A DNA stretch of 64,000 nucleotides from Squalus acanthias (lineage: Eukaryota): NCBI GenBank assembly GCA_030390025.1, contig CM059432.1, forward strand, positions 130,016,001-130,080,000. Reading direction: 5' to 3'. Position 1 is the stretch's first letter. Each line of letters opens with the position of its first letter. This document shows, one piece after another, positions 24,223-36,536 of the stretch. Under the pieces are notes generated by a model. It was not told the DNA's origin and did no database searches. It worked only from the letters and a program-made list of their open reading frames with translations. A program made the position numbers and the translations under genes.

Positions 24223-25932
24223 TTGGGTGCCGCTTAGGCTTCCTTAGATTGGATCTCAGATGAGGACCAAAATGGCCAGCAATTGCACCAGCAACAGCAG
24301 CAGCCTGCTGGTCACAGACTTGTAGCTGCACAGGAGAGAGGGCAGCAGCAGAGAGGTGCAACTTGCAAGAGGCCATACCTGCCACACAGGGTCTACAGGC
24401 AGAGGATCAGCTTCCTCAACATGTCTGAACAACAGTGTCTCAGGAGGCTCAGGTTGTCGTGTCAGGTGGTGGCAGACATCTGCAGCCTGCTGGAAGAAAA
24501 CCTGCTGCCAGCTGGACCTGGCGGTCAAGCTATGCCAGTGGCTGTCAATGTCACCACCGCCCTCAACTTCTTTACCTCGGGATCCTTCCAGGGCTCTGCT
24601 GGAGACATTTGCAAGATCTCCCAGTCGGCAGCCCACAAATGCATAAGACAGGTGACTGGTGGCTCTGGCTAGCTTCTCACATTTGCAGGGCATCATTGAC
24701 TGCACACACATGGCAATCAGAACACCCCCAAATCACCCAAGAGTATTCGCCAACACTCCATCAATGTACAGCTGGTGTGCAACCACAAAAAGATCTTTAT
24801 GCAGGTGTGTGCAAGATTCCCGGGCAGCTGCCACAATGCTTTTGTCCTGAGGTAGTCCAACCTCCCTGATATCGCCACACCTGGAAGCAGAGTTAACAGG
24901 TGACTGCTCGGAGACAAGGAACACCCACTTAAAACGTGGCTGATGACACCTCTCAGAAATCCGAGGAATGACACTGAAGAGCACTCCAATTAATGTCATA
25001 TTAGCACCAGATGTGTCATCGAACAAGTCATCGGCATGTTGAAGATGTGCTTCAGGCGCCTGGACAGATCTGGAGACACCCTTCAGTACGCACCAGCCAG
25101 GGTCTCCAGAATGGTCATGGTGTGCTGTGCTCTGCACAACATTGCCCAGCAGCATGGTTTGGAACTGCAGGAGGGCTGTAAGATGTTCTGATTGTCTGAC
25201 AGTTTATAAAGTTCAGACCCGTGGAACAGACAACACAAAACCCAATGAATCTGTGAAACTTCTTTACTTAAAAATCAACAAGAGGTTACAAGTAAGTACA
25301 AGCATCTAAATCATTTACTTTAAGCTCAGGTGATTATAAGCACCACGTACCTACTAACACCAGATGAGAGGTCAATTCAGCGATGACTGGATGTATGACT
25401 TTAACTGGCAACTGACCAGGTCGCCATCGACTGCAGCCACGAATGTCAGACTACAATATCCCTTCTACCCCAAAACTTGGCAACTCGCCCACAGCATTAG
25501 TGTCCCAAACTGTGTGATCAACGTCGTTTTTCTCTCTCTCTCTCCTTCTATCTGTTTTGACGCTTAGTTAACCAAGGCCAGACATTCAAGGATTGGAGAG
25601 AGTCGGTGTCTTCACGTTTGCAGGTTGTTGACTCGTGGTTCTCACAGAATTTTCAAGATCTTATCTTTTGAAGGAAAAATACCAACACACCATGTTTTAG
25701 CCAAGGAGTCTCTTGCCCTCAAATCTTGTCTGTACATTTGGTCACTTTTAGATTCAGTCAAGTTTACCATGGACAGTATTACCAAGGCGCAGAGTACAGA
25801 GCCTCTTCGGAGGATTCCGAGGAGGAAGATGAAGAGGAGGAGGAAGGTGTTGAGGGCAATGCACCACCAGGGGCGCACATTGCTGCACGGGATGCCCGGG
25901 ATGCCCTGATTATTGCGAGGTTCACTGAGGTT
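24223..25932 (+). pseudogene. HARBI1-like DDE transposase, frameshifted and interrupted at 25177-25784
   Basis: Motifs [66 protein letters not shown] and ARDALIIARF. Confidence 0.9.
25177..25784. mobile_element. Probable solo LTR
   Basis: 608 bp, TG...CA ends (TGTAAGA / TATTACCA), 4-bp flanks GGGC/AGGC. Removing it restores the frame GLELQEG-AEYRASSEDS. Confidence 0.6.
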
Positions 25933-26994
25933 CCACCAATGCACCCATCTCACAACCACATGCAACGGCCACTTCTCTGCCCCACCCCTCAATGCCACTA
26001 ACACAAAGCAGTCCTGCAAACAACCAAGCATCCTTTTCACAGCCCCCCATTGGTCGCCATCAATTCATATCTTCACATTCATCATTAAACAACTGAAAAG
26101 GCCACTTGCCAACCAGCAACCAAGAATGGGCAAGACGGAAAAGTGGTGCAAAAGAATAATATGGGTGTGCTTCAAGTAAAGAACAGAAACTTAACAACAT
26201 AGCAATGTCTAAGACACACATGTGCATACCCTTGGCCAGTCTATCTATGCTATGCGACATCAACCCACTCATGCTTGAGGCAGACTCCTCCATTCTCTCT
26301 ACAATTATGGACGGTGTATTTGGAACGCCTGTCAGTACATCGCACATTCTCTGCTGCTGCTCAATGATTCTCCTCTTCATCGACGGCCCCCGGGGTACAG
26401 CATCTGTGTCCAGCTGAGCAGAGCTTAGAGAGGGCTCCTCCAACGCAGACTTTTCACTGCTGTCCCCACCACCACCACCATCTGCTCTTGATCACTTGTG
26501 AAGTGTAAATCACCAGGTGAAAACCCAACTATCTATCTTAGTGGTCCCACCGAAGTGCGAGTATCTGAGCTGGGGCATGGTAAGCATGAGTCCTGTGACG
26601 GTGCACCCTCAGAACGATTGAGCTCCTCTGAGGAATCGTCATCCGTGACCTCCATCAACTCCTGCTACACACATGAAGGCCCTGTGGGAGATAAAAGACA
26701 TGAATGAGCACTGGCAAGGTAAGAACTCCTCATAATGAACATGATCATATTTCATTCGCTGTTGACATCCAGTCAACATGACTGAGAGCTGTGTGTGGCT
26801 GTCTGATATTTAATTCTGTCACTAGGTAGCTGGGAGCTCCCCATCTCCGTTGGCCAGGCACACCAAGGCTCCGCTGATCTCAAGTGCCTCCTCCTCTGCA
26901 CTTATGAGTTGTGAGATGGTTGGAGGGCCACCTCCGGTTCTCTGCCTCTCCATGCTGCTCTGTGCTCTCTTCTCCTGCAAGGAGGGAAAGAACA

Positions 26995-27197
26995 GTAGGG
27001 AGCTACCACAGTGGTTGAAGCAAATAGTATAGATGCATTTAAGGGGAGGCTGGACAAACATATGAGGGAGAAGGGAATAGAGGGTTACGCTGATAGATTT
27101 AGATGAGGAAAGATGGGAGAAGGCTCGAGTGGAACATAAACGCTGGCATGAACTGGTTGGGCCGAATGGCCTGTTTCTGTGCCGTATATCCTACGTA
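26995..27197 (+). mobile_element. CR1 3' tail inserted in Myb intron 1
   Basis: Typical tail gtggttgaagcaaatagtatagatgcatttaaggggaggctgg...gggccgaatggcctgtttctgtg, with aacag on both sides. Confidence 0.8.
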
Positions 27198-27206
27198 AAA
27201 CAGATG

Positions 27207-28662
27207 CAGTAATGCCAACCCCACCATCTCATAATTCATGAGACAAAAATCGTAAAAATCATGAGATTTGGTATAGAAATTATGAGTTGCTATTTTTTTC
27301 CCGACCTGTCCCCTCACTGAACTTTTCTCCCAGACAGGAAGCACATTCCGCGACCTTTGCTCCCGTACAGGAAGCGCATTCGGCTATCACTAACCGATTA
27401 CTGACATAAGAAATAGGCGCCTTGAACTTCTGATCACAAAAAGTTTTTTAAAAATAAGGATTTCTGCACACGCAGGGTGAGGATCTAATTTCCCCAAAAC
27501 AGTTACTCAGCCCTCTAGTTATAAGCGATCAATGATAATTACCATGCCTTTTTTTTTGCTTGCTTGTTAGCTTCGTATCTAGCCTCTTTTTTTTGAGTAA
27601 CTGTCCTCAGGCCACGATGGTGATGATGGTGTTGTAATATAAATGCGATGGTGCTGATATATATTAAAAGAGGCTCAGGAGGAAACGCACATCGATCCAA
27701 TGCACATTAATACTTTTAAATCTCTCTCCCTCTCCCTCTCTGTAAAAAAAAGTGCTGAGATGGCTGCCAATAAAATGCAATGGACGCTCTCTCTCTCTCT
27801 CTCTCACACGCACTTTGCAGCTCCTTTCCTCTCTCTCTCTCATTCCCACCTTCCAGCTCAATTTAATAACGTCCTGTTGCATTTCTTACCCTTTCGCCCC
27901 GATCCTTTTTGTAAACTGCACCTTACGTTTTTTTTCTACTTAATTTTAAATCTTCCCTCCTTGTTTTTATTTTGCAGTACTATCCCTTCCTGGTTATAGT
28001 ATTACAGGAAACTCTTTCGTATCCGGCACCGACGGGACCGGGATGGTGCCAGTTGATTAAAAATTCCGGATAACGGAGAGGTATATCTACCGAGGCTATT
28101 TTTAACAAACAAAAATAAAAAAATCAAGAAATGTGCAGTATAATTGGGTACTCCCCTACAGAATGTTGTGTTAAATGGGTGGTGGAAGATGCTTGATTAA
28201 GTACAGTAATGCCAGTTGAGGGTAATCCATAACTCTTTAATTACTTAACAGTAAAACAAAACTTATAAACGACTGTATACTGTAGTTTTCGGAGTATGAA
28301 TTCTGCCGGTTATTAGAGAATTCCGGATATTTAGGTGCCGTTTAAACGAGAGTTTCCTGTAATTTGGATGTGCAAATAACAAAGATGGTCGGATCGCAGG
28401 AGGGAGACTCACTTTGGGAAATTTACCTCCAGAAAGCAATGCAACCATCCAATACTCCGCTCTACAATCGCTGTATTTTTGTCTCGCGCATGCGCAAATC
28501 ACAGGGTGTTTACTGCGCATGCGCAAATCGGCATATTTTTTTCCCCCCAAAAGATCCCGAGATTTAGGGATTCCATCGCGAGATTGCGAGATCATGAGTG
28601 ATGCTTTATTTCACTCTGAAATCGCGTCTCTCACAATGGAATCGTGAGAGTTGGCAATACTG
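27207..28662. mobile_element. Non-autonomous DNA transposon (hAT-like termini; superfamily uncertain)
   Basis: TIRs CAGTAATGCCAAC / GTTGGCAATACTG, flanks cagatg/cagatc, with subterminal cgtgaga-like repeats. Confidence 0.7.
28005..28359. mobile_element. Tc1/mariner (pogo/Tigger-like) MITE
   Basis: TA TSD and TIRs CAGGAAACTCT..CGGCACC / GGTGCCG..AGAGTTTCCTG. Confidence 0.8.
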
Positions 28663-29571
28663 CAGATCTGTGAGTGAGTGAAATGGCATGTGTTCATCTG
28701 ATGAATGGAGAGCATTTGGTGAGGGTGAGTATCAGGGAGAGACATGACATTGCACAAGGATGAGGGTGAGTGTCAGTGGTGGATGGCTAGATGGGGATGT
28801 GAGGAAGTGCTTAGAAAGAGAAGGATGGGTGCACCGGCAAGGTAAGTTGGTGTGAGGAGTGATGTGATGGAGTAGCTTGAGAAGGCAGAGTGAGGGGGTG
28901 GGGTGATGTGCACAGCAGGCTGTAGGTCGATGTACCATTGTACTCACCTTTCCTGACCTGGTTAGGTCATTAAAGCGCTTCCTGCACTGCATCTAGGAGC
29001 ATTGCACTACGCTCCCGCTGTTGACTTCCTCGGCAACCTCCAACCACGCCTCCTTGGTCTCTGATGCAGGTCTCTTCCTCCCGTTGCTGGGGAATAGTCT
29101 CTCCCTCCGGCTCCTCACAGCCCCCAGCAGCACATCCAGGGAGGTGTCATTGAATCGGGGCGAAGCCTTTGCACTTCTCGCTTCCATTCCTCGACTTCCT
29201 CCTTTTTTCTCTTGAACTCCAACATCTCTGAATTGCATCTTTGCATTGTCCCTTTAAATACTGGAGTTGAGATCGTGTGATGCGGGTCCTCATCGTGCCC
29301 GCTGCCGCTGACTGGAGTTGAAACATGGAAGTAAAATGATAATGAGGTGGCTGCTTTAAAAAGCTACTTGACAGACGCGCTTAACATACTTCCGGGTTTT
29401 CCCCGCTCCCTGCGCGTCTCCCAGACAAGATTGGGGCCTTAATCTCCAGGATAATGCTGCGAGCAATCCTGGAGAAAAATCATAGGTTCATTGATAAAAA
29501 CTGTGTTTACTAGTTATAAAAATATTGGAAATGGGGGAAAAGGCTGTTAGATTGACAGTCAAGAATCATTC

Positions 29572-30438
29572 AACAACGACAACAACAACAACTTGTATTT
29601 ATATAGCGCCTTAACGTAGTAAAACGTCCCAAGGCACTTCACAGGAGTATTATAAGACAAAAAATTTGACACCGAGCCACATAAGGAGAAATTAGGGCAG
29701 GTGACCAAAAGCTTGGTCAAAGAGGTAGGTTTTAAGGAGCATCTTAAAGGAGGAAAGAGAGGTAGAGAGGCGGAGAGGTTTAGGCAGGGAATTCCAGAGC
29801 TTAGGGCCGAGGCAACAGAAGGCACGGCCACCAATGGTTGAGCGATTATAATCAGGGATGCTCAAGAGGGCAGAATTAGAGGAGCACAGAAATCTCGAGG
29901 GGTTGTATGGCTGGAGGCGATTACAGAGATAGGGAGGGGCGAGGCCATGGAGGGATTTGAAAACGAGGATGAGAATTTTGAAATCGAGGCGTTGCTTAAC
30001 CGGAAACCAATGTAGGTCAGCGAGCACAGGGGTGATGGGTGAACGGGACTTGGTGCGAGTTAGGACACGGGCAGCCGAGGTTTGGATGACTTCAAGTTTA
30101 CGTAGGGTAGAATGTGGAGGCCAGCCAGGAATGTGTTGGAATAGTCAAGTCTAGAGGTAACAAAGGCATGGATGAGGGTTTCAGCAGCGGATGAGCTGAG
30201 GCAAGAGCAGAGACGGGCGATGTTACGGAGGTGGAAATAGGTGGTCTTAGTTATGCTGCGGATATGTGGTCGGAAGCTCATTTCAGGGTCAAATATGACA
30301 CCAAGGTTGCAAACAGTGTGGTTCAGCCTCAGACAGATGTTAGGGAGAGGGATGGAGTCAGTGGCTAGGGAACGAAGTTTGTGGCGGGGACCAAAAACAA
30401 TGGCTTCGGTCTTCCCAATATTTAATTGGAGAAAATTC
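29572..30438 (-). mobile_element. L2 LINE 3' portion
   Basis: Motifs LQLNIGKTEAI, ETLIHAFVTSRLDYSN and LADLHWFPVKQRLDFKIL, with a (TTG)n tail. Confidence 0.9.
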
Positions 30439-31080
30439 GATTGGGTAACAGAGTCAGTTCGCTGTACAATTGGCTGTGGGGAGGCAGGCATTGCGAGGAT
30501 GGACATGTCGGTCGACTAATGGCGGCGTGGTTGGAGGACATATGATGAAATCTCTCAGAATACATTCAACCAGAGTTGGAGAGCCTACACGAGGGCGATT
30601 TCTGTCCCTACATTGGCACTGACAAACAGGGCAGTAGCTGGACCAGCTGGAAAGTGGAATCTCATAGGCCGCAAAATTCGGCTCCTTCGCCCCTGGTTTT
30701 TCGGCACTATGGGTCCCGTTTTGTGTCCAAAATACGTCTGAGCAACGCATGCACACTTCTGGTGCGGGCCGCACTGGATGCCATTTTGGTGAGGGTGTTG
30801 GCATCGGCGCAGGGTGCGCGCGCCGGAAGTATGCAGAGTGGGCAGATCGTGACATCAATTTGACGCCAGCGCTGCCATTTTTGACCTCAACGCGGAGCTA
30901 ACGCCCTCTCTTAACCCCGCACAGCTGAAAATGCGTTCAGCAGTAGGAAGGACCCCCTCCACCAGTGCTAGGCTAAGGGATCATCACCTGCTTTTAGGTT
31001 AATTGGTGATTGATTTCTACTAGCTGTTGCTGAGTTTACAGAAGTGATTGGTGCTTTCTAGAACTCTTTAAAGTTGCCTA

Positions 31081-31617
31081 GGGGGAAAAATTGGGTTGCT
31101 TTGCGCCTCCCGTTAGCACCCTAAGAGGGCACTAACGGGGCGCAAAGCAACTAGCAGCCCGGGCGCAGCGCTGCCCACGCCTCCCGCGAAATTCAGCGGG
31201 AGGTTAGTGGCGGCGCTACACCGCTGGCGATGACGTCATCGCCGTGCGCAGTGCCCCGTTCGCGCCTCGGCCGCTCCCCCTGACTTACCGCCGGACGCTA
31301 TGTCTGACGGGGTCAGGGGGGCCTACCTGCGGCCGGGGAGGCGCAATTTAAAGGCGAGGTGCGGGGCGGCCATTTTTGTTGCTGGCCACCTGCCAACACC
31401 TGCCTGCGCTCCCGTCCCCGGCCTCCTGAACGGCCCCCCTCACGGAGTGCCGACTGTGCTCCAAGAGCCTGGCGGGGCGCTTCCAGTAGGGCCCAACATC
31501 CTCTTGGGGCGCAACCACTCAATTTCCAGCGCAGGGGTGCTAATTTTTCCGGGGCACTAAAAGTAGCACCCCGGCGAAGTTAGCGCCCCATATGGGGCAC
31601 TACTCAATTTTTAGACG
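31081..31617. mobile_element. Harbinger MITE of the 42428/60415 family
   Basis: CTA TSD and a GGGGGAAAAATT start. The first ~100 bp match 42428-42525, and it is collinear with the reverse complement of 49701-50473. Confidence 0.88.
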
Positions 31618-31704
31618 CTAAAGTCTACAAGGAGTGGCGCGGCACGTGCTGAAGGACTTGGTACAGACTTGCAAGGCTTCTGCTCAGACCAGTTGCTCCC
31701 AGAC

Positions 31705-32418
31705 ATGGGTGCGGTAGTTTGTCTCCCCATTGGCCTGCAGCATGACAGGGAGAATGAGCACAGACGGCACAGAACAGGACAAGCTGCTCGAAGAGAGGGC
31801 GAAGGGCTCTCAGCAGGAGGCCATATCCACCCAGGGTCTTCAGGGAGCAGTTCTCCTACCTCAGCCTCAGCGAGAAACAGCGTGTGCGACTCCTCCGCTT
31901 CACTAAGGAGGTACTCACTGAAATCTGCCACCTGTTGCAGGCAGAACTACAGCCTCAGAGCAGGGCGAGGTCCACACTGCCAGTGGCTGTCAAGGTGACC
32001 GTGGTCATGAACTTTTATGCGTCGGGCTCGTTCCAGGCTGGAGCAGGTGATATTTACAACATCTCCCAGTTCGCCATCCACTGCTGTATAAGGGAGGACA
32101 CTGTATGCAAAGAGAGCTGAATGCATTGCATTGCCTCTTGTCTCTTGCCAGAGGGAAGCAGGAAGAGTGATCATGCGGCTTTCTAGGATAGCAGGCTTCC
32201 CCATGGTGCAGGATGCCATGGACTGCACGCACGTCGCTTTGTGGCCACCGCATGTCAATTCAGAGATGTACCGCAACCAGAAGGGATTCCACTCCCTCAA
32301 TGTCCAGTTCTTGTGCGACCATACTCAGCACTTCATGCAGGTCAATGCCCGGTATCCTGGCACACAGGTCAATGCCCGGTATCCTGGCACACAGGTCAAT
32401 GCCCGGTATCCTGGCACT
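31705..32418 (+). pseudogene. HARBI1-like transposase 5' half, frameshifted
   Basis: Motifs [43 protein letters not shown] and [14 protein letters not shown]. Confidence 0.88.
32338..32418 (+). repeat. 27-bp tandem triplication
   Basis: CAGGTCAATGCCCGGTATCCTGGCACA x3. Confidence 0.95.
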
Positions 32419-32886
32419 AAACTGACAGGTCAATAGGATGGGCTTGGGTACAATACAGGGCAGCATTTTCAATTAGGCAGACAAAATTGCCTGGTCTATC
32501 TGGCAACACTCGATGAACAAGTTGAAATAGTTAAGCTTGCAAACGCATTTGTCCTTTTACAGCAATAACCTCTAAAAACATCAATTGGTACTTCCAGATG
32601 ACATAGCAATCTGCAGTCCTCACAGCATGCAGAGAGACAAGGTTATTGAATTCAACACCATTTTGATAATGGTCTTAAATGGATGATATATGATGGTTAA
32701 ATTGCATTTTTTATTGAATTTTGATATATTTATGGATTTGGTGATTTATGGAAAAGAATAAACATTAAATTATGGCAGAATCAATAACTCTTGAGCAGAG
32801 AAAAGTTGGTTGAGTGTTATTAGTTGGACATGATCTAAGCAGTATTAAATTATTCAGTTCACTTGTTCAGTTTTGTCATATGGTTG

Positions 32887-32911
<25 letters not shown>
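32887..32911. repeat. (TA)n microsatellite
   Basis: Direct reading. Confidence 0.95.
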
Positions 32912-32918
<7 letters not shown>

Positions 32919-33408
32919 CGTATTATTATTCATGGACTGTACCTCATTTTTGATGCTGGGCAGTTCATAGGTACTTCATTTAACATTGTTGAGGAAGGTG
33001 CAGTGGTGAGTTAAAAGGGTCCGTTTTAACTTGACCTGCCTAGCAGATATGGGGTCGGTAGCGAAGTTAAAATAGCTGTGGTGAACTTACCGCCCTGCTG
33101 CCGCTCCGCCATCAAATTTACTAGAAGCTTCCGCTCGGTGGCTCAGGCACACGCCAGATTCAGGTGCATGCAAATCGGGGTCCTCTGAAGCACAACCTCG
33201 TGCGACAACTGGCTGTCAAAGAGGAAGAGGCCCCAAGGTTGTAAGTGAAACATTATTTTCGTGGGGCCAAGAGCAGCAGGAGTGCTCCTGCAGGCTCCAC
33301 AAGAATAACGTGGGCTCCTGCCACCATGGCCTGCTGCTGCTGCCATGGACTCGCCCTGCACCCTCCTGATGAGTACCCCCTCCCTTCCCTCCCCCTCTCC
33401 CCCACCCA

Positions 33409-34147
33409 GAGAGGAGATTGGGAGGGAGGGGAGATCGGGAGGAAGGGGAGATCGGGGGGGGGGGGGAGAGGAGATTGGGAGAGGAGATTGGGAGGGGGAG
33501 AAGGGATTGGGAGGGAGGGGAGATTGGGAGGGAGGGGAGATTGGGAGGGAGGGGGAGAGGAGATTTGGAGCAAGGGGAGATTGGGAGGGAGGGGAGCTTG
33601 AGAGGAAGAGAGGAGATTGGGAGCGAGGGGAAATTGGGAGGGGGAGAGGAGATTGGGAGGGGGAGAGGAGATTGGGAGGGGAGAGGAGATTGGGAGAGGG
33701 AGAGGAGTTTGGGAGGGGAGGGGAGATTGGGAGTGGGAGAGGAGATTGGGAGGGGGAGAGGAGATTGGGAGGGGGAGAGGAGATTGGGAAGGGGAGAGGA
33801 GATTGGGAGAGGGAGAGGAGTTTGGGAGGGGGAGGGGAGATTGGGTGTGGGAGAGGAGATTGGGAGGAGGAGAGGAGATTGGGAGAGGGAGAGGAGATTG
33901 GGAGGGGGAGAGGAGATTGGGAGGGGGAGGGGAGATTGGGAGGGGGAGGGGAGATTGGGAGGGGGAGAGGAGATTGGGAGGGGGAGAGGAGATTGGGAGG
34001 GGGAGAGGAGATTGGGAGGGGGAGAGGAGATTGGGAGAGGTGGGGGAGGAGATTGGGAGAGGTGGGGGAGGTGATTGGGAGAGGTGGGGGAGGTGATTGG
34101 GAGAGGTGGGAGAAGGCGATCAGGAGAGGTGGGGGAGGCGATTGGGT
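33409..34147 (+). repeat. G/A-rich minisatellite, main unit GGGAGGGGGAGAGGAGATT (19 bp), close to 40 units
   Basis: Direct reading. 17-bp variants lie on the left and 20-22-bp variants on the right. It sits in a GC-rich MITE-like element (about 33017-34520). Confidence 0.95.
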
Positions 34148-35621
34148 GGGAGCCGAGCAGGGCAGGCAATAGTCTTCAGGACTGCACCCATACTCCTCGC
34201 AGCTCCACATTCAGGTGTTTTATTAAAAACTTTTTGGTGGCAGCCTCCAGTGGTCTCTTTAATGTAGACTTAGTTATCCGGACCATAGCCATTGCTGGCT
34301 TCGAGAAGGGGTCCCAAAACAGGCATTAGGCCCCCTATTTACATAGACAAAGGGCCTACTGACTGTTTCAGGAGCGGCTGCTGGACACCTATACATCAAC
34401 CTTTACCAGTATGGTGAGCGGTGTACTTCTGGCGGGGAATGTGCCTGCCACCCGCCATATTGGACACTTAGTAGTTCTACTGACCATCACATGAAAAAGG
34501 GATAGAGTACTAGAGGGTGGCCAAGACCTATGGAACCCTACCCAGCATGAGTCACCGCCTTCAGAAGAGAAATTTTAAAACAATCACCGTTGTTAAGTAT
34601 GGATGAACAGAAATGCCACTTTTTGTTGCAGTCAGTCTTTTTATTCTTCCAGAGAGAGCCAGATGACTTTAGGGCAGGCTGTTTGTTATTTGACCGAATA
34701 AAACTCAACTCTACTGTTACTTCTTTAAGCAAGGCAATGTAGCTGTGGGCAACAACTTCAAGTTAACTTTGCCGTAATAGTATTGATCAGCTAGCGGAAA
34801 ATAATAAGGATAATAATAATAAAAATAATAAGGATAAGCAGTTTGTCTGCTTGCACTTGGAAAGACCAGTTGCGAGCATTCCGTGAAACTACTTCAGCCT
34901 GATTAGGAGCCAGCTTCACAGGATCAATGACAAGATCATTTGTGAGCTTGGGGAGCGTGCAAGATCCTGATCTCACACAGGAACATCTTTTATATTTCGG
35001 AAAGACACTGTAATATAAATCTGATTTCTGATGGAATCGAATATTTAAGTTTACTGAGTAATTGAATTTATGGAGCACTAGAATTCAAACAAAACCCAGT
35101 TGCCCTTATGATTTATGAACTACTCCATTAGCTGTCACAATACAATCATCCTGAACAACAGAAGAAACAAGTCTCTTTGAAAGCAGTGGTTTTAGCCAGT
35201 AGTTGCCTCAGAATAAAGCACTGAGGTCAACAAACATAGGAAACATTAAACGGCTGATTACCTGATACATTCCAAATCACAAGAGAACCTAACAGTTGAT
35301 ACAACTGTGTCAGTTCCAAGAGGCACATTATTCAGCAATTAAAGTAACTTGGATCACAGCGAGAGCTTTTCACAGAAGTTTTGACCCCAGGCTACCTATT
35401 ACTATTCATTTCCAGCAACATGTCATACAATTCTTGACTATTTCTTATAGATACGAAAAGCTGATGAATAGAAAATAGAGATACCCATAGAAAGATTCAT
35501 GACTGTGTTGTGGTGCTCTGATTATGATAAACTACAACAATGTTCAGCATGAGACCTTCACTGTTTGTGCGTGAAGTAGCAACAATATGGACTGGGAGTC
35601 GTCTCACATATTTTAATATTG

Positions 35622-36378
35622 CAGCAAGAGCTAGACAACATCCAGGCTTGGGCTGATAAGTGGCAAGTAATATTTGTGCCACACAAGTGCCAGGCAATGA
35701 CCATCTCCAATTCAGTGCCTGAAATTCAATGCCCGAAAGGGTGCTGGAAGCAGATTCAATAGTAACTTTCAAAAGGGAATTGGATATATATACTTGAAAA
35801 GGAAACATTTGCAGGGCTATGGGGAAAGAACAGGGAGTAGGACTAATTGGATAGCTCTTTCAAAGAGCCAGCACAAGTACAATGGGCTGAATGGCCTCCT
35901 TCTGTGCTGTATGATTCTATAATTCTATTCTATGAAGAGAGAGCCAAACCACCTTCCCTTGACATTCAATGGCATTATCATCACTGAGACTCTCACCATC
36001 AACATCCTGGGGTACCGTGGCTGCAGTGTGTATTATCTACAGGATGCACTTCTATTTGCCCAGGTTTCTTTGGCAGCCCCTCCCTAACCCCGGACCACCA
36101 CCACCCAGACAAATAAGGGCAGCAGGTCTATGAGGACACCAAGTTCCTCTCCAAGTTATATGGCATCTTGACTTGGACACTTGTAGCCATTCCTTTATCA
36201 TCGCTGGGTCAAAATGCTGGAACTCCCTATCTAACAGCATTGTGGGAGTACTTTCACCTCACGGACTGTAGCGGTTAATGATGAAGGCCCACCACCACCT
36301 TCTCAGTGCGCCTAGGGATGGGCAATAAATGCCGGTCTTGCCAGTGATGCCCACACCCCGAGAATTAATATTTAAAAA
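35622..36378 (+). mobile_element. Degenerate family-B LINE 3' part with a nested CR1 tail (about 35715-35934)
   Basis: Aligns with 49460-49625 and 50690-51070. The nested tail ends tatgattctataattctattctatg. Confidence 0.8.
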
Positions 36379-36536
36379 ATTAAGTTCAATCTAAGATCCC
36401 AGAATTAAGTTTGCAACTTATAAGCGTGACTTCAACCCTCACAAAACATAATTATTTCTGGGAAACAGATATTGTGCAGGGACGGTGGAGGTTACTTTAT
36501 ATGGGGCAAAATATTGCAACACGCAAGGCAACATAG

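Larger units (their letters stand above)
26200..29187 (-). pseudogene. Harbinger Myb/SANT-like gene (exons 29187-28948, 26974-26823, 26681-~26200)
   Basis: Translates MEARSAKASPRFNDTSLDVLLGAV...QCS*MQCRKRFNDLTRSGK|EKRAQSSMERQRTGGGPP, with the same intron positions as the other copies. Confidence 0.8.
23755..29438. mobile_element. Degenerate full-layout Harbinger with nested insertions
   Basis: Ends GGGGGGAATTTT / AAGATTGGGGCC flanked by TTA. Transposase (+) and Myb gene (-) are convergent. Confidence 0.8.
23703..29570. mobile_element. Probable hAT-type MITE (TAGGCTTGCCAAC end) split by the Harbinger
   Basis: The terminal motif at 23703 and the ccagg-rich sequence continue at 29439 (ttaatctccagg). 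The right end was not found. Confidence 0.4.
30667..32418 (+). mobile_element. Truncated Harbinger (left end plus 5' half of the transposase)
   Basis: Starts GGCCGCAAAATT and the transposase starts at 31705. No right end was found. Confidence 0.75.

Noticed and set aside
30440..30660. Possible fragment of another LINE next to the L2 5' end
   Set aside because: Too short and degenerate to assign.
33409..34147. CRISPR-like array
   Set aside because: The units are head-to-tail with no unique spacers, there are no cas genes, and the context is eukaryotic.
33143..34210. Long Pro/Ser-rich and Gly/Glu/Arg-rich ORFs on both strands
   Set aside because: They are translations of a stop-free minisatellite and are open in most frames.
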